NCBI RefSeq assembly: GCF_001194135.2
Contig: NC_068992.1
Coordinates: 2,998,597-3,062,596, forward strand
Source of the DNA: Octopus bimaculoides
Lineage: Eukaryota
Length of the DNA stretch: 64,000 nt
Direction: 5' to 3'
Positions within the stretch are counted from its first letter, which is position 1. Each line of letters begins with the position of its first letter. A model generated the notes under the pieces. That model did not search any database. It had not been told where the DNA came from and saw only the letters and a program-made list of their open reading frames with translations. This document shows positions 1 to 12,521 of the stretch, one piece after another. Position numbers and translations under genes: made by a program.

Positions 1-42
<42 letters not shown>

Positions 43-723
43 TACTCTGATTCATCCTCATCCAAGGGAGATTTTGAAATCACTAGGGCAGTGCCCATTC
101 TCATAAATTTGTTTCGGACCCTCACCCAACATTAGTGAAGGTAAAGAAGGAAATTGCTTCAGGGACCTGTCCTAAATACTTGCTAACTCTACTAAAAGCA
201 TCCAGAGATCAGGTGATAGTGATGGTACTGGAGGTGGTGTTAACCTGGGTAATGGATTATATCTACTACTAAAGAACTGGATCAAATACCACAAGGTATC
301 TCATTTGATACACTGATATTTCTAACAATTCCTCAGTCTTGGACTGTCGCTTCATTTTATTGTCCCAGCCAAATGCCCAAAAGGTAAAAGTGACTAACCC
401 TAACCCTAACAACTCTGTTAATTCAGCTCCTTATTTTAGATCAATAAGTTGTTCCAAAAATTAACAAATCTTGTAAGAGTCAAAGAACAACTGTCTGTGA
501 AATCTACTCTCTGCAAACCTAACCAAAGAGAGGGGATCAGAATTAGTAAAATATAATTTTTTTATTCTCACTTTCTTTGTATTAGCTTTTTGTCTTTTTA
601 ATTACTCTTGCATTAATTAATTAGTTCATTTGTCACTCTATGCTGGAATGGAGGTCACACGAACACTCTATTACTCTATGATCTTACACCAATTCTGATT
701 TTGTGTTCTTTTGTAATGAACAG

Positions 724-829
724 GAATACATCAGAAGCTAATGGCTTGCTGTCATTTGCAGCATTTTGTTCTTTGTCTCTTACAACTGTTTTTATTTTAA
801 ATAATCTAGCCTTTCTTTGGCAATTTTCT
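724..829 (+). CDS. Candidate internal exon encoding a hydrophobic segment (NTSEANGLLSFAAFCSLSLTTVFILNNLAFLWQFS)
   Basis: Acceptor gttcttttgtaatgaacag| and donor |gtgagt; only one of three frames is open (phase 2 in, 0 out). No homology recognised. Confidence 0.45.
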
Positions 830-1559
830 GTGAGTGTGTGTGTGGTCTTAGTTGTCTAATTCTTGCATTTTCTGAATAACATAGGATTTGTTAAGAAAAT
901 AAAATGATGCTGGAGATACAAAATAAGTACTGCAAAAGGTTGCCTGTCATTGGACTGTGATGTATTTCTGTTTGCTACAAGTCCCACCCTCATGTACACC
1001 CTAGCAAAGGGATTCAGAATTGCTGTACAGTCCTCAGATAGCAACCTGATCACATCTTGCTCACATATTGCTGCCTATCATGATGGTCGAAGGAAAACAT
1101 GGTAACAGATGAATGTATGAATTAATTAATATGAACGTTTGTGACTGAAAGAGAAAGACTACATAAAGAAGAAAGTGAGAAATAAAATTATGGAAAGGCA
1201 TAGCCATGGAGTGTAGAACAGGGTCAAAGAAGAGGAAAGGGAAGAAAGAAAGAGTGAATGAGTTTGTAGAATATAGAATAAAACAAAGAGGGAAAGAGGA
1301 AAAAAAGAATAGAAGATGGAAGTTAACAATGAAATAATTTGTAATGTATGCTAAAATCTGCAGACTTTGGAATTGTGTTTGATATAATTGCATTTGATAA
1401 CCAAATGTTGGAAGGTTTAGTACGTCTTGTATCAATGTAAATGAACATTGTTTCAAGATTTAAATGTTAGATAGAAATAACAATGAAGGGAACTAGCTTT
1501 ATTGATTCACTTCCTAAGAAAAAAATATACAGAAAATACTGTTAGGACAGAGCATGTAT

Positions 1560-2600
1560 TCATAATGTGCAACTAATGTGGTGTTTCTCAAAGTGTATGA
1601 AGAATACACATTTCGTGTTTTATCTATTCAGGGATTTGGGAATTTTCGGTCACTTCTGTTATCTGCTATTCCTTATCTGGAAACTCTTCCTCAGGGGCCA
1701 ACTGAAAGAAAGCATAAGAATCTGAAGAAAGTGAAGAAATTCAACAGGTTCGTTTTGCTGTCGACAGGTTTTAGACTGAAAGACAGCAACGAATTAGGGA
1801 AAATATTGATCAAACAGAATGGTGCTACAATAAAATAGCTTCCTGGATTTCTTAAAGTCTGCTTCTCCAGAGTATCCCAAAAATGCAACACTTCAAGAGA
1901 TACAGTCAAAACATTTGAATGTGAGAACATGACAGATTTTGGATTTGCGGCCTTTATAATATTCAGAGACAGCTCGATGACCTAATAGACAATATTCTTA
2001 CATTATGTTAGGATCCTCTCAGATTTGTGAACATTGACTTTGTGGGTTCAAACAGAGGCAGAACAAAGGTTAACAAGTAGTTATAGTAGGTTTAATGTAT
2101 ATAGAGTTATGAAGTTACAGAAAATTGATATGATCAACAGATACACAACCCAGCTCTCACTAAAACTGCATCTGTTGGTGAAGGGCAGGAATAAAGTGAC
2201 ATTATTTTGTAATCAAGACGTGAGTATTTGGATTGAATTTTTAAAACTCTTAGGAATTACTCCAATACCCTCTGCTGTCTGTAGTGGTCAAGATGGATGA
2301 CCATAGTGGTTAGCTATGGTAGGTCATCCTAGGAAAATGACAAGAAATTGGTCAGTCAATCAGTTACAAAGAATTCTACTCCTGTCATTTTATGGCACTC
2401 GGTTCTGTAACTTAAATACAAAGCCAGATGAAGAAATGGCAGTAGTGTAGGAGTCTTTGGGGGAAACCTGATATGAATCAGTTTGTTAAAATAAATGAGC
2501 ATTGATTGGTAAGTGGCCAAAAGAATACTAATCGAGATGCCATGAACAATATTGGAAATGTGAGGAATTTGCCGAATCTCCTGGTAATAACAAGCAAGAA
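1560..2600 (+). pseudogene. Coding-like but stop-interrupted stretch (decayed transposon ORF or pseudogene)
   Basis: Protein-like segments such as RQQRIRENIDQTEWCYNKIASWIS, HDRFWICGLYNIQRQLDDLIDNILTLC and DPLRFVNIDF lie in one frame separated by stops. Splicing them would need implausible 34-52 nt introns. Family not recognised. Confidence 0.25.
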
Positions 2601-2904
2601 CTTCTTCACATTCCTCACTATTATTTTTTCACTTTCTTAAATATTGAAAATAAAAATGTGTGTGTGTGTGTGTGTGTGTGTTTTGTTTAACTCAAAATCT
2701 TTTCAAAACTGGCATATCAAATGTAATAAGCTACCTTCATCATATTCTTCACCAGCATCTATCAGATACATCTCCATCCAGAACAATGCATCAACCAGAC
2801 TTTATATATGATATTTCTCTCTTATCCCCTGTGTGTGTTAGAGACTTGTTATAGAGACTTGTGGCTTATTCATTTCATTAATTTTTCTCTTTTGCAACCT
2901 ACAG

Positions 2905-2976
2905 ATTGATGTTTCTGATTATAACAACTTCCATTTGGAATATTCTAATCATGTAGATAGGCAACCAAGAATAATG
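2905..2976 (+). CDS. Candidate exon (IDVSDYNNFHLEYSNHVDRQPRIM)
   Basis: Strong polypyrimidine acceptor atttttctcttttgcaacctacag|; donor gttata is weak, so the 3' boundary is uncertain. Confidence 0.3.
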
Positions 2977-3175
2977 GTTATATTATTTCACTCAGTTGAT
3001 GCAATGCTGGTGATTCAGCTGCTAAACTTTTACCTTGTTAATTAGCCAAAGTATAGTTTATTTATACTCTGGATACAATAGGAAAAAGCGAAGGAGTATG
3101 TTAATATTAATGATTGCATGCAGTGTTATGATAACAGGTGCAGTAGCAGCAAGCTTCTTCTTCTTCTTGTTATTA

Positions 3176-3210
<35 letters not shown>

Positions 3211-3346
3211 GCTGACACAGCACTAGCATTGTTCATCAACTATATAGTGTTATTTCCTTCATGAAGCAGAAACTCATCAATATTGAAAGATTTATAAAAC
3301 AAAAAAGCAAAAAAAAAGAAACAACTAGTAATTATTTCACGTATTA

Positions 3347-3576
3347 TTAAGGTCAGCTCTACAGATTTTCCATAGAAGCTACAACCAAAACTGATAATGT
3401 TATGGTGTTTTGTATCTGAGATGCCAGATGTAAACAGACAATGAGACCGAGGATGAAAAAATGAGATTATCTTCAATCTCATTGTTTGTTTACATCTGGC
3501 GTCTCAGATACAAAACGTTGTAACAGAATCAGTGCTGTGTGTAGTTTCTATAGAAAACCTATAGAGATGACCTTAA
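3347..3576. mobile_element. Foldback MITE with about 100-bp imperfect inverted arms, TTAA at both ends
   Basis: ttaaGGTCAGCTCT...AGAGATGACCttaa; inner arms ttttgtatctgagatgccagatgtaaacagacaatgaga and tctcattgtttgtttacatctggcgtctcagatacaaaa. Confidence 0.75.
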
Positions 3577-3659
3577 CATGTAATGTAAGAGCACTGCTAA
3601 CACAGTAGAGCACAGTATTGACTTATAAAATTGTTTAATATATTTTGTAGTATAGCATC

Positions 3660-3938
3660 TTCCATCCTTCTTTCTTTCTCCCTCGCTCCATCTTTCTTTC
3701 TTTCTCCCTCGCTCCATCTTTCTTTCTTTCTCCCTCGCTCCATCTTTCTTTCTTTCTCCCTCGCTCCATCTTTCTTTCTTTCTCCCTCGCTCCATCTTTC
3801 NNNNNNNNNNNNNNNNNNNNNNNNNNNNNNNNNNNNNNNNNNNNNNNNNNNNNNNNNNNNNNNNNNNNTTCCATCCTTCTTTCTTTCTCCCTCGCTCCAT
3901 CTTTCTTTCTTTCTCCCTCGCTCCATCTTTCTTTCTTT
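3660..3938. repeat. 26-bp minisatellite (ctttctttctttctccctcgctccat)n spanning an N-gap
   Basis: Tandem units directly visible on both sides of gap 3801-3868. Confidence 0.9.
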
Positions 3939-5206
3939 CATTCTGTTCGACTAAAGGCAGTGCTCCAGCATGGTCACAATCAAATGACTGAAACAAGTAA
4001 AAGAATAAAAACTATGTTGTTTTAATCCCGAGCAACACTGGGTATCTCTGCTCGTTACTAATGATCATTGTGTCATATGTTGACGATGTTACACTCATTG
4101 CTAATTGTCATCGTCACCAATGTCATCATCTCGTTCATTTGACAGAATCAGTAAAGCATCAGGTCACAAATGCCTTGAAGCATTTCTTCCAGCTCTTTAC
4201 ATTCTCAGTTCAAATTCTGCTTAGGATAGTTTTTGCCTTTCATCTTTTTGAGGTCGATAAAGTAAAATACCTGTGAAATACGAGGGTCCACCCGATTGTC
4301 TAATCCCCACAGATTTGGGGTCTTGTCCCTAAATTACAAACAATTATGTCTTCTTAAAGGAATCGCTATTGTGTTATTTATGTAAGGTGTTGATTTATTT
4401 ATTTATCAGATGAACATAGAATAGCTTAATTTATGTTCCTTTTTTGATTAGAAATTTCACTAAATAGACGATTAGTGATGGGGAAGGAGGTAGTTTTGTA
4501 ATTAGTGATATTAAATGAAGGAAAGGAGTTCCAGAAGATCCGAGATTTATCTTCACACCACAGAACATAACTTGAAATTTGTTTCAGAAAATATGAATTA
4601 ATGTGAGATAAAAGACACTTGAAGATCTATTTGAGGTCATTTTATTCAAGTTTAAACCTCCATAATTAAAACAAAGAAATTTTAAGTTTCTTTTTCTTCA
4701 TATTTGAATTTCTCTCCAAGTTCTGGTACAAAATTCTTTGCTTAATACCATTAGTATCTCATTAGAACCATTCTACTTTCACTTTTCTTCATAACTTATT
4801 AATTAAGCACCAAATTACAATCATATAATTAGACACTTCTGTATTCTTCACTTCTCTTAAGGTTTATTTCCATTTTCACATCAGTTTCTTTCATTGCATT
4901 CATAATAATTTTATAGACACGTATTATAAAGCTGAGTTTCATCTAAAAACATTTCTTTCTGCTCTTAAAGCTTCATATTTTAGCCATAATTTCATATGAA
5001 AACTATTGGAAACTGAATGAATCGAAACATAGCTGACACAAAACCTTTGTGATAAATGGCCTGTAAACTTATCAAATATTAACAGATTTGTTTTAACTGA
5101 ATAATTCCTCATTTGCTTTATAAAGAATTCATCTTCAATCAACAAATTTTCCAAGATTTGTGTAGCTATTAGATTTTTTCTGGATATATAGATATATTTA
5201 TACATA

Positions 5207-5242
<36 letters not shown>

Positions 5243-5244
<2 letters not shown>

Positions 5245-5401
5245 GGTGCAGGAGTGGCTGTGTGGTAAGTAGCTTGCTTACCAACCATACGGTTCCAGGT
5301 TCAGTCCCACTGCGTGGTACCTTGGGCAAGTGTCTTCTACTATAGCTTCGGGCTGACCAAAGCCTTGAGTAGAATTGGTAAACAGAAACTGAAAGAAACC
5401 A

Positions 5402-5405
<4 letters not shown>
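5243..5405 (+). mobile_element. tRNA-derived SINE, family A (gcaggagtggctgtgtggtaagtagcttgcttaccaacc...)
   Basis: A/B-box-like head (tggctgtgtgg, ggttcagtccc); related copies at about 7359-7432(-), 21845-22000(+), 57110-57500(+), 60700-60870(-) and 60925-60985(+). Confidence 0.85.
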
Positions 5406-5455
<50 letters not shown>

Positions 5456-5799
5456 CGTGTGCGTGCGTGTGTGTGTGTGTTTAGGAATTGGATAATAGCT
5501 TCAAAATGTAATTACTTACACATGCATATACTCGTTTCTATTATGTCTAAATGTCTTGGGGGTGGGGAAGAAAGAATCAAAAATATAATATACATATTTC
5601 AATATTTTCATTTGTTAACATACACAGACATCTACTATTGAATGGAATTACAAGTCTATCTCTTGGCACACATTTATTTTGGCAAGTTCACATTCAACTT
5701 GGAGCCAGATATAAGTCAAAGAAAATAGCGTTTGGTTAATATGAACATCTCTGGATTGCTGACATATTTGTATGTCCCTCTTTATGACTTCTGCAACAG

Positions 5800-5895
5800 G
5801 TCAATATCTACAAGAGAACGCTATCAAAGGAAATCATATGGTTGTGGTCAACAATAGAATAATGGACAGTGGTCACTATAACAAATTTGTTCATA
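5800..5895 (+). CDS. Candidate exon (QYLQENAIKGNHMVVVNNRIMDSGHYNKFVH)
   Basis: Acceptor cttctgcaacag|, donor |gtatgg; phase 1 to 1, the only open frame; lies inside ORF 5772-6017. Confidence 0.4.
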
Positions 5896-6040
5896 GTATG
5901 GCTAAAATCAATGGAAGGCTGGAAAGAATGTCTTGTTACATTTTAAGATGGAAAAGAAACAAACACTCCTTTGGTTATAATCTACTTAACCATTTAGCAT
6001 TCAGATTACTCTGTTAAATGTTATGTTTCTTTATTCACAT

Positions 6041-6447
6041 TCATCATCATCATCATCATCATCATCTTCATCATTTAACGTACATTGTCCATGCTGGCAT
6101 TGGTTGGATGGTTTGACCAGGGCTGGCAATTTAGAAGGCTGCACCAGAGTCCAGTCTGATTTGACATGATTTCCTACAGCTGGATGCTCTTCCTAATGCC
6201 AACCATTCTAAGAGTGTAATGGGTGCTTGTACGTGCCACCGGCAAGGGTGCTGTTTGCGTGACACCAGTACTGCAATTTCACTTGGTTTGATGGGTCCTC
6301 TTCTGAAGCACCACATAATGCCAAATGTCTCGGTCATTCGTCATTGCCTCCATCAGACCCAACACTCAAAAGGTGATCAGCATGTGCCACTGGCATTGGC
6401 CACCTTGTTTCCATGAGGCCCAGTGCTCAAAATGTGCTTTTTATGCA
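6041..6447 (-). mobile_element. RTE-LINE 3'UTR-derived short element with (GAT)n tail
   Basis: Matches the 3' end of the RTE copy at 18588-19530 (tccatgctggcattggttggatgg...ctacagctggatgctcttcctaatgccaacc). Confidence 0.8.
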
Positions 6448-6858
6448 TTAATGTGATTGTTTATTTTTACATTGACTTTCTAGGATAGGTGTGAGAGGCC
6501 AGATCTGACCAGTTTGAAACATAAAGCAGGTAGAAAATTTGGGCTGGACATGTCCAGTTTAAAAGCTAAATGGTTAATCAAGATGATATTTCCCATCATT
6601 ATTGATAACATAATATCATCTATTCATCAAATTGTTGATCCCTTGGGTGTAAAATTTTTCAGGTTTCAAAGCAAAGGACACATTCATATCGTATCTAACC
6701 TCTTCACAACTAATAAACTGTTTTCCCTCTAAACCTCACTGAACAAGCTTAGGAGGGTAAGGAGGATGAGGCAGAACATCTATATTTAGTGTCATAACCT
6801 TTTCTTAAATGACTTGGGGAATATGAAATCTTGCATTATCATGTAAGAACAACACCTT

Positions 6859-7348
6859 TTTAACATTATTTACATTTGATGGATATTTGTCCTCATCTTG
6901 TTTGTTTTTAACACATTTTGGCTGATATACCCTCCAGCCTTCATCAGGTGTCTTGAGAAAATTCTGAACATGGGTTCTCATTCCTAAGGTATTTTCTGAT
7001 GTTATTATCATTTTTATTATTATTATTATTATTATTATTTAGGTCACTACCTGGAATCGAACTCGGAATCTTGGGGTTAATAGCCCATGCTCTTAACCAC
7101 TACACCCAAGATTCCAAGTTTGATTCCAGGCAGTGACCTGAATAATGATGATAATAATAATAATAATAATAATATCGAAAAATACCTTAGGAATGTGAAC
7201 CCATGTTCGAAATTTCCCCAAGGCACCTGAGGAAGGCTGAAGGGTATATCAGCTGAAATGTTGTGTTAACAACAAACAAGATGAGGACAAATATCTGTCA
7301 AATGTAAATAATGTACATAATTCTTCTATCTCTGAAATATAGAACTGT
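6859..7348. mobile_element. Head-to-head inverted pair of tRNA-head/hammerhead SINEs (pair 1)
   Basis: - arm about 6861-7102, + arm about 7104-7347; arms are reverse complements; flanked by aacacctt at 6851-6858 and 7349-7356. Confidence 0.85.
7222..7267 (+). ncRNA. Minimal type I hammerhead ribozyme motif (partly decayed)
   Basis: ggcac CTGAGGA a ggctg-aagggtatat-cagct GAAA tg tt gtgtt; core present, stem III CpG decayed. Confidence 0.55.
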
Positions 7349-7479
7349 AACACCTTGGGACTGAACACGGAACCATGTGGTTGGTAAGCAAGCTATTTAC
7401 CACACAGCCACTCCTGCACCTATATATTCATATGAAGCTAAGTTTCTCTGGTTGCACCACAAAAAGTGACAGGCAGAAT

Positions 7480-8570
7480 CAAAACCACTGGTGGGGGGCA
7501 GGCACTGATCCTGAGCTGCTCTAATGAAGTGTTCTGTTTCTGGCTCAAGGCCAGATGCAGCCAACCATTGATGGGTCATATCTGTATTGAGATCAAGATC
7601 ACTGACCCTCATATGGAATTTGCCAGGCAATCTTTTACTTTTTCGTTGGTTTCACAGCTCTGAGATTACATTTGATTTGGATTTTGCCATTATTTGTTTT
7701 TCTATCACAGTGAGGTCTTCTGTTCCTCTAGTTTCATCATTGATCTTTAATTCCTTCATATCTTCCATTGCTTTTTCTGATATTGAGAACAAGTTTTGGT
7801 ACTTTCACATTTGCAGACAAGTTTAAGCATCCAGTTATTGATGTTCTTCAGACAGGTGTATACCCCTATGATTGCTGTCTTTAGGGACAGTTACAGCTGC
7901 ATCCACCCATGTCATCAATTCTTTCATTTGATGTATAGTCTGTCTACACTTGCCTTTGGGCGATGCATACAGTGCATTGCTAAAAACTTCCATATTTCTA
8001 CCTCAATTTTGCTTACCTCATTGATGGATCACTTTATGATATCAAAGCTCTAGATCACAGCAAGTATAACCAGGATATATTGATGGTATCCATCCTGTTT
8101 TTCATACTGAGTTCACTTTTTAGGCTAGCTTGAATTATCAACAACACTTTACCATTTTTGTCTTTTAGTGGCATATTTAGTCAGCCTCTTGTTCTGGCCA
8201 GTATTGCGACTGACTGCTTTGTTAGGGTCACTTCCCTTGTTCTCTGTATCATTTCTGTTATATTTTCTATAGTATTACTTGTCAATATTATTCAGGTTAT
8301 TATACATGGAGTCAGAAGTATATATTTTATGTCTGGATATTCAAATTATATTTTCCAGAGAGGTCTTTCTTACCGTTTCTTGTTTTGGTATTACCTTATT
8401 CGCTCTCTCTGCACTTGTTTTGGCTTCATTGTTCTGGTTTCGCTTTTTCATGTTATGTTGGCTCTTTTCTGTTATTTTCATTGTTTTCAAACCTTATCTA
8501 ATATTTGGTTATTTCTCATGTATTATTCTTTGTGTTCTGAGTTGATCTTTTTGTTTTTCACTTGAGTTCA
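7480..8570 (-). mobile_element. Degenerate non-LTR retrotransposon of R4/Dong type (RT thumb and pre-zinc-knuckle region)
   Basis: - strand peptides GKFHMRV..THQWLAASGLEPETEHFIRAAQDQCLP (cf. HQWL..SGLK.ETEG.I.AAQDQ.L) and MHRPKASVDRLYIK (cf. HPK.DV.RLY). Confidence 0.8.
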
Positions 8571-9008
8571 GTTTTTGTATTTGAGATATTGTTTTCTTAT
8601 TAATTATAATTCACATATATTTGTTATTTTATTTAAGTAGTTTGAATCAACAAATGAGTTGATAGGTTTTGAAATGATGCTGTTCAAAGATAGTGTAAAA
8701 AATTAACACTTCCTTCTCCAAGCTTAGATTCGAAACTGAATCTAAGGATTTTTGGTTGTCCAAACCACCACAATCAACAGGCACGCAAAAAGGTTTCCTT
8801 TGTCCTGTCAAAAAATGATAAATTATCTCCCTTTGACCTACGACCTCAGCTATGTCAGGCGAAGTTCAAATGGACAGGAGCTGACCTATTTAGGCACAAT
8901 CTCCGCTGCAATATGTCTGTCTTTCTAACTGCCACGGCTGTTATAAATACTGTGGTCAGCAGAGAGACAGACAAGAAAGTCTTTGGCAGACTACTTTCTC
9001 AGATGAAC

Positions 9009-9040
<32 letters not shown>

Positions 9041-9275
9041 ACATATTCAGTTCTGTCAAATCACCTCCACAGATGTGCCCTTGTTTCTATTACTAGCAAC
9101 TCGTAGCAGTTGTCAACAATTACATGTAGTGAAAAATATTGTATACCAAAGGCAAATGCAAGTACAGTAAATAAATTATTTTAATTATGAATCATAGTCA
9201 TTTATTTGTTTACTTCAAAGGCATCCACATGTCTATCACATACTGATACACACTTAACCACTACAATAGTTTCAG

Positions 9276-9317
9276 TGACCTTGAATCAGAGGTTTCCACC
9301 TGGAGATTTTTTCAAGA
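9276..9317 (+). CDS. Candidate 42-nt exon (TLNQRFPPGDFFK)
   Basis: tttcag| ... |gtaaga; phase 1 to 1 reading is compatible with exon 5800-5895. Confidence 0.3.
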
Positions 9318-10888
9318 GTAAGATGCATCTGGTACCAGTCTAAGACGGACATTAGTGGATTTTTCAAGGATACTTAGCTAACATTGATTGTTTTCTGAAA
9401 TTTCAGCTTGGTGACGAAATTCATTTGGTTTTATAAAGATACCATTAAGAGGATCAACATTGAATCAAACATTAACTCACTATGGTGGTGGGTGGGGGTG
9501 ACATAATTATCAAATATACTTGTACAAAGAAGACATCAATAAGCATTGTTGAATGGCATTTTACTCAACCAAACGAAATGGTGACAACTGAAACAAGAAG
9601 ATCAAATGGGCTGATGCATCAGAGTCCTAATTAATCAAAATAAAAATTATTAATTGAAATAGAAAATGGTTAATGTGGTGAGTGGAAGAATAGTTTCACT
9701 TTTAGCAGATATAGTGATAACTTTTACTTCACACTAATGGGTAGCAGAAATGATTGTGTAAACAGCAAATATTTTGTTCAATTGTGAAGTTCTGACATTT
9801 CTGTGGAGTAGGAAACTATGTTGAGGAAATAATTTAATATCGCATCAGAGATGATGTAAAATAAAAGAATTTAGATTTTGCTGATCCTTAGACCAACAAT
9901 TTTCCAGTAAGCACTTCACACTCTTCACAAATACATTATTTGATTATTTAAACCTACCTTGAAAATGTATTCCCTTCAGATTTAGCCTACTTCAATAGAA
10001 CTCTATATATATGAAGCTATCAAGGTGCCTGAGTACGCAACCCATGGAAGCTTTTAAATTGATTACTGAAAATGGGGATTAATGTTGATGGAATGTGTGA
10101 TTTTGTTATAAGTGAACTGTAGGAACTAGAGAAAACATTTTAACGATACACAGTTTTCAAAGAGAAATATCATTCAGGTTTGGGAAGTGGAGTCTCAAAA
10201 GCATGAACTGTTTAGGAATTTAGGCTGGATTTGAGGATATAAAGAACTCTTATTAAATGACTCGACAATACAAGCCAAGGTTTAAAAGAATCATGTCTAC
10301 TTTGGTTTCATGAGATAACTTGCTACTTATTTCTGCTTCTTTTGCCAATGTATTGTTCCTTTACATACACGCACACACACATGCACATACGCACACACAT
10401 GCATGTACACACACAGACACATGCGTGCATTTCATTTGCAGCTTTTTGTCATTTCTATTGTTCTGTTTTGCATCATTTCCTTCAAATGCTTTTTTTCTTG
10501 AAGATCCTTCTTTTTTCCTATTTTGTCTCAACTACCAATTAAACAATATTTCATAAAATAACAAGTTTTTGTGTGCTATTTATCATCAGAAGGATTTCGT
10601 TTCATTAATGATTTAGCAAAAGTTAATTTTTTAAAAGGATTCAGTTATTGCTGCACCATTTTCTCTTCCTAGGTTTGTATTTTATATTCAGTTATTGCAA
10701 AAAATACTCCAATCTTCTTTGCATGGCTTTACACAATTGAAATGAAATGGAATCATAAAAGAAGACTATATGTTTATGAACGACCAAATGTAGCCTTTCA
10801 CATGATATAAAATTTATGCTGGAACCAACCATTTTAGAGACAGATGGATAACTTGTATCAGCAGGATTTTAATATTGTTGCTGTTGTA

Positions 10889-11323
10889 AGGCAGCGAGCT
10901 GGCAGAAACATTAGCATGCTGGGTGAAATGCTTAGTGGTACTTTGTCTGTCTTTATGCTCTGAGTTCAAATTCCACCGAGGTCAACTTTGCCTTTCATCC
11001 TTTCAGGGTCAATAAATTAAGTACTAGTTGTGTACTGGGGTCGATCTAATCGACTGGCCCCCTCCCCAAAAATTTCAGGCCTTGTGCCCAGAGTAGAAAT
11101 GAATATTGTTACTGTTGTAAGGCGGCAAGCTGTAGCATGCCAGGCAAACTGCTTAGCAGCATTTCATCCGTCCTTGCATTCTGAGTTCAAATTCCGCTCA
11201 GGTTGACTTTGCCTTTCATACTTTTGGGGTCAATAAAATAAATATCAGTTGAACACTGGGGTCAATGTGATCAACTTATCACCCTCCTTCAAAATTGCTG
11301 GCCTTGTGCCAAAATTTGAAATC
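10889..11323 (+). mobile_element. Two tandem tRNA-derived SINEs, family B (aggcggcgagctggcagaa...gagttcaaattcc...ggccttgtgcc)
   Basis: Copies at about 10889-11101 and 11120-11323. Further copies at 14178-14392(+), 21405-21512(-), 21562-21706(-), 23200-23340(+), 25752-25930(+) and 59597-59800(-). Confidence 0.85.
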
Positions 11324-11796
11324 AATATTTTTGCTATTGTAGACCGACTTTGTTGTGACCAACCTTCTTAACAAAACAGAAGCTAATGTATTTGTTCTTC
11401 TGCTAAACATACAGAGAGATATTCTTTAAAACTTTTGTGAAGATTTAATCCTAGGAAATTCATTCCATTTTAAAGAACCACATAACATTTCCAGCAACTT
11501 CTTTACATTTATTTGTGGCTATTTCCTAATCAGACTCGTTATCTAATTCAGAAATTTTGCTCAGCACATTGCTGTTTATTGAGAAATGGTTTCTTGTATG
11601 CTGCCCATAGAAATGAAGGATAAAGTCTAAATTCAACAATGTGTAAGATTTAGCGATTTAATAACAAAAATTCCTTATGTTACAAACACGAATTCTTGAT
11701 AACCATCCTGCAAATCTCAAATTATTGCTGATCCTTCAAATGATAAGAATTGTAATACTGAGATCTATACAAGCTACCAATTCTGCTTTTTTGTAG

Positions 11797-11872
11797 TTCT
11801 TGTCTCTCTTTTGAGATATTTCCAAAGCACTTTTGAAAACATTCTATCTTCCCAAAACCTTTATCCACATCA
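11797..11872 (+). CDS. Candidate exon (LVSLLRYFQSTFENILSSQNLYPH)
   Basis: Acceptor ttctgcttttttgtag|, donor |gtattt; phase 1 to 2 links the 9276-9317 and 13903-14020 candidates. Confidence 0.25.
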
Positions 11873-12206
11873 GTATTTTTAACCCTTTGATTTATTTACT
11901 TTTTTATGTCATTGGTGCCACTTTTCTTAAGTTGACTGTTGAATCAACCTTAAATATCACGTAATAAAACTTTAGATCTAATGTTTTATTGCATATTATT
12001 TAGTGCTGTTTATATAACACTGGCTGTTGGACTCTGACAGATTTAAATGTTGTAATCACTACTAGTAGTAGTAGTAGTAGCAGCAGCAGTAGTAATAGCA
12101 GTAGTTGTATCAATGAACTGTCATTGCATGAGTGAGCATCTGAAAAGAGCAATGCTGCAGCTGGTGTATTTAAGAGAAGCCATATTTTTGAGCATATAAG
12201 ACACAC

Positions 12207-12266
12207 CCCAATTTCAGCAGGCCTAATCTGCAAGAATGAAACTGCAGCTAATGCCAGATCCTCAAG
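12207..12266 (-). CDS. Alternative - strand exon candidate (LEDLALAAVSFLQIRPAEIG)
   Basis: gatttttcag| ... |gtgtgt, phase 0 to 0; competes with the + strand model. Confidence 0.25.
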
Positions 12267-12399
12267 CTGAAAAATCTCACACATTTTCATGTATAGGAAC
12301 CATGAGAGTTTAGACTGACTCCCTTAAGCTATTGTGGTAGGCTAAGTTACAATACTTACTCTCACACTACCAAATTACAGCACTGACCTTCACCGTCAT

Positions 12400-12521
12400 T
12401 AATAACACCAACCGTGTCTACCCAAATCTTGGCCTTCGGTATATAGGGCACAAAAAGACTTTTGGTGGGGAGGGGGGATTTTCAGGAAAACAGTGTGCCT
12501 TATATACTGGAAAATACAGTA
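12400..12521. mobile_element. Terminal fragment of a Tc1/pogo-like DNA transposon
   Basis: gtgccttatatactggaaaatacagta resembles the reverse complement of the TACCGTATTTTCCGGACTATAAGGCGCAC-type TIR; inner repeat ggtatatagggcac. Confidence 0.5.

Noticed and set aside
369-383. 15-nt microexon candidate cag|ccaaatgcccaaaag|gtaaaa
   Set aside because: No upstream exon with a consistent phase could be established.
394-410. Telomere-like (CCCTAA) repeat
   Set aside because: Fewer than three units; not distinguishable from chance.
3035-3226. ORFs with poly-Leu, poly-Ile or TM-like runs (also 13434-13805)
   Set aside because: Derived from (TTA)n and (CAT)n microsatellites.
9980-10065. Exon candidates on both strands
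   Set aside because: The + reading stops after LAYFNRTLYI, and the - strand splice-flanked segment has stops in all frames.
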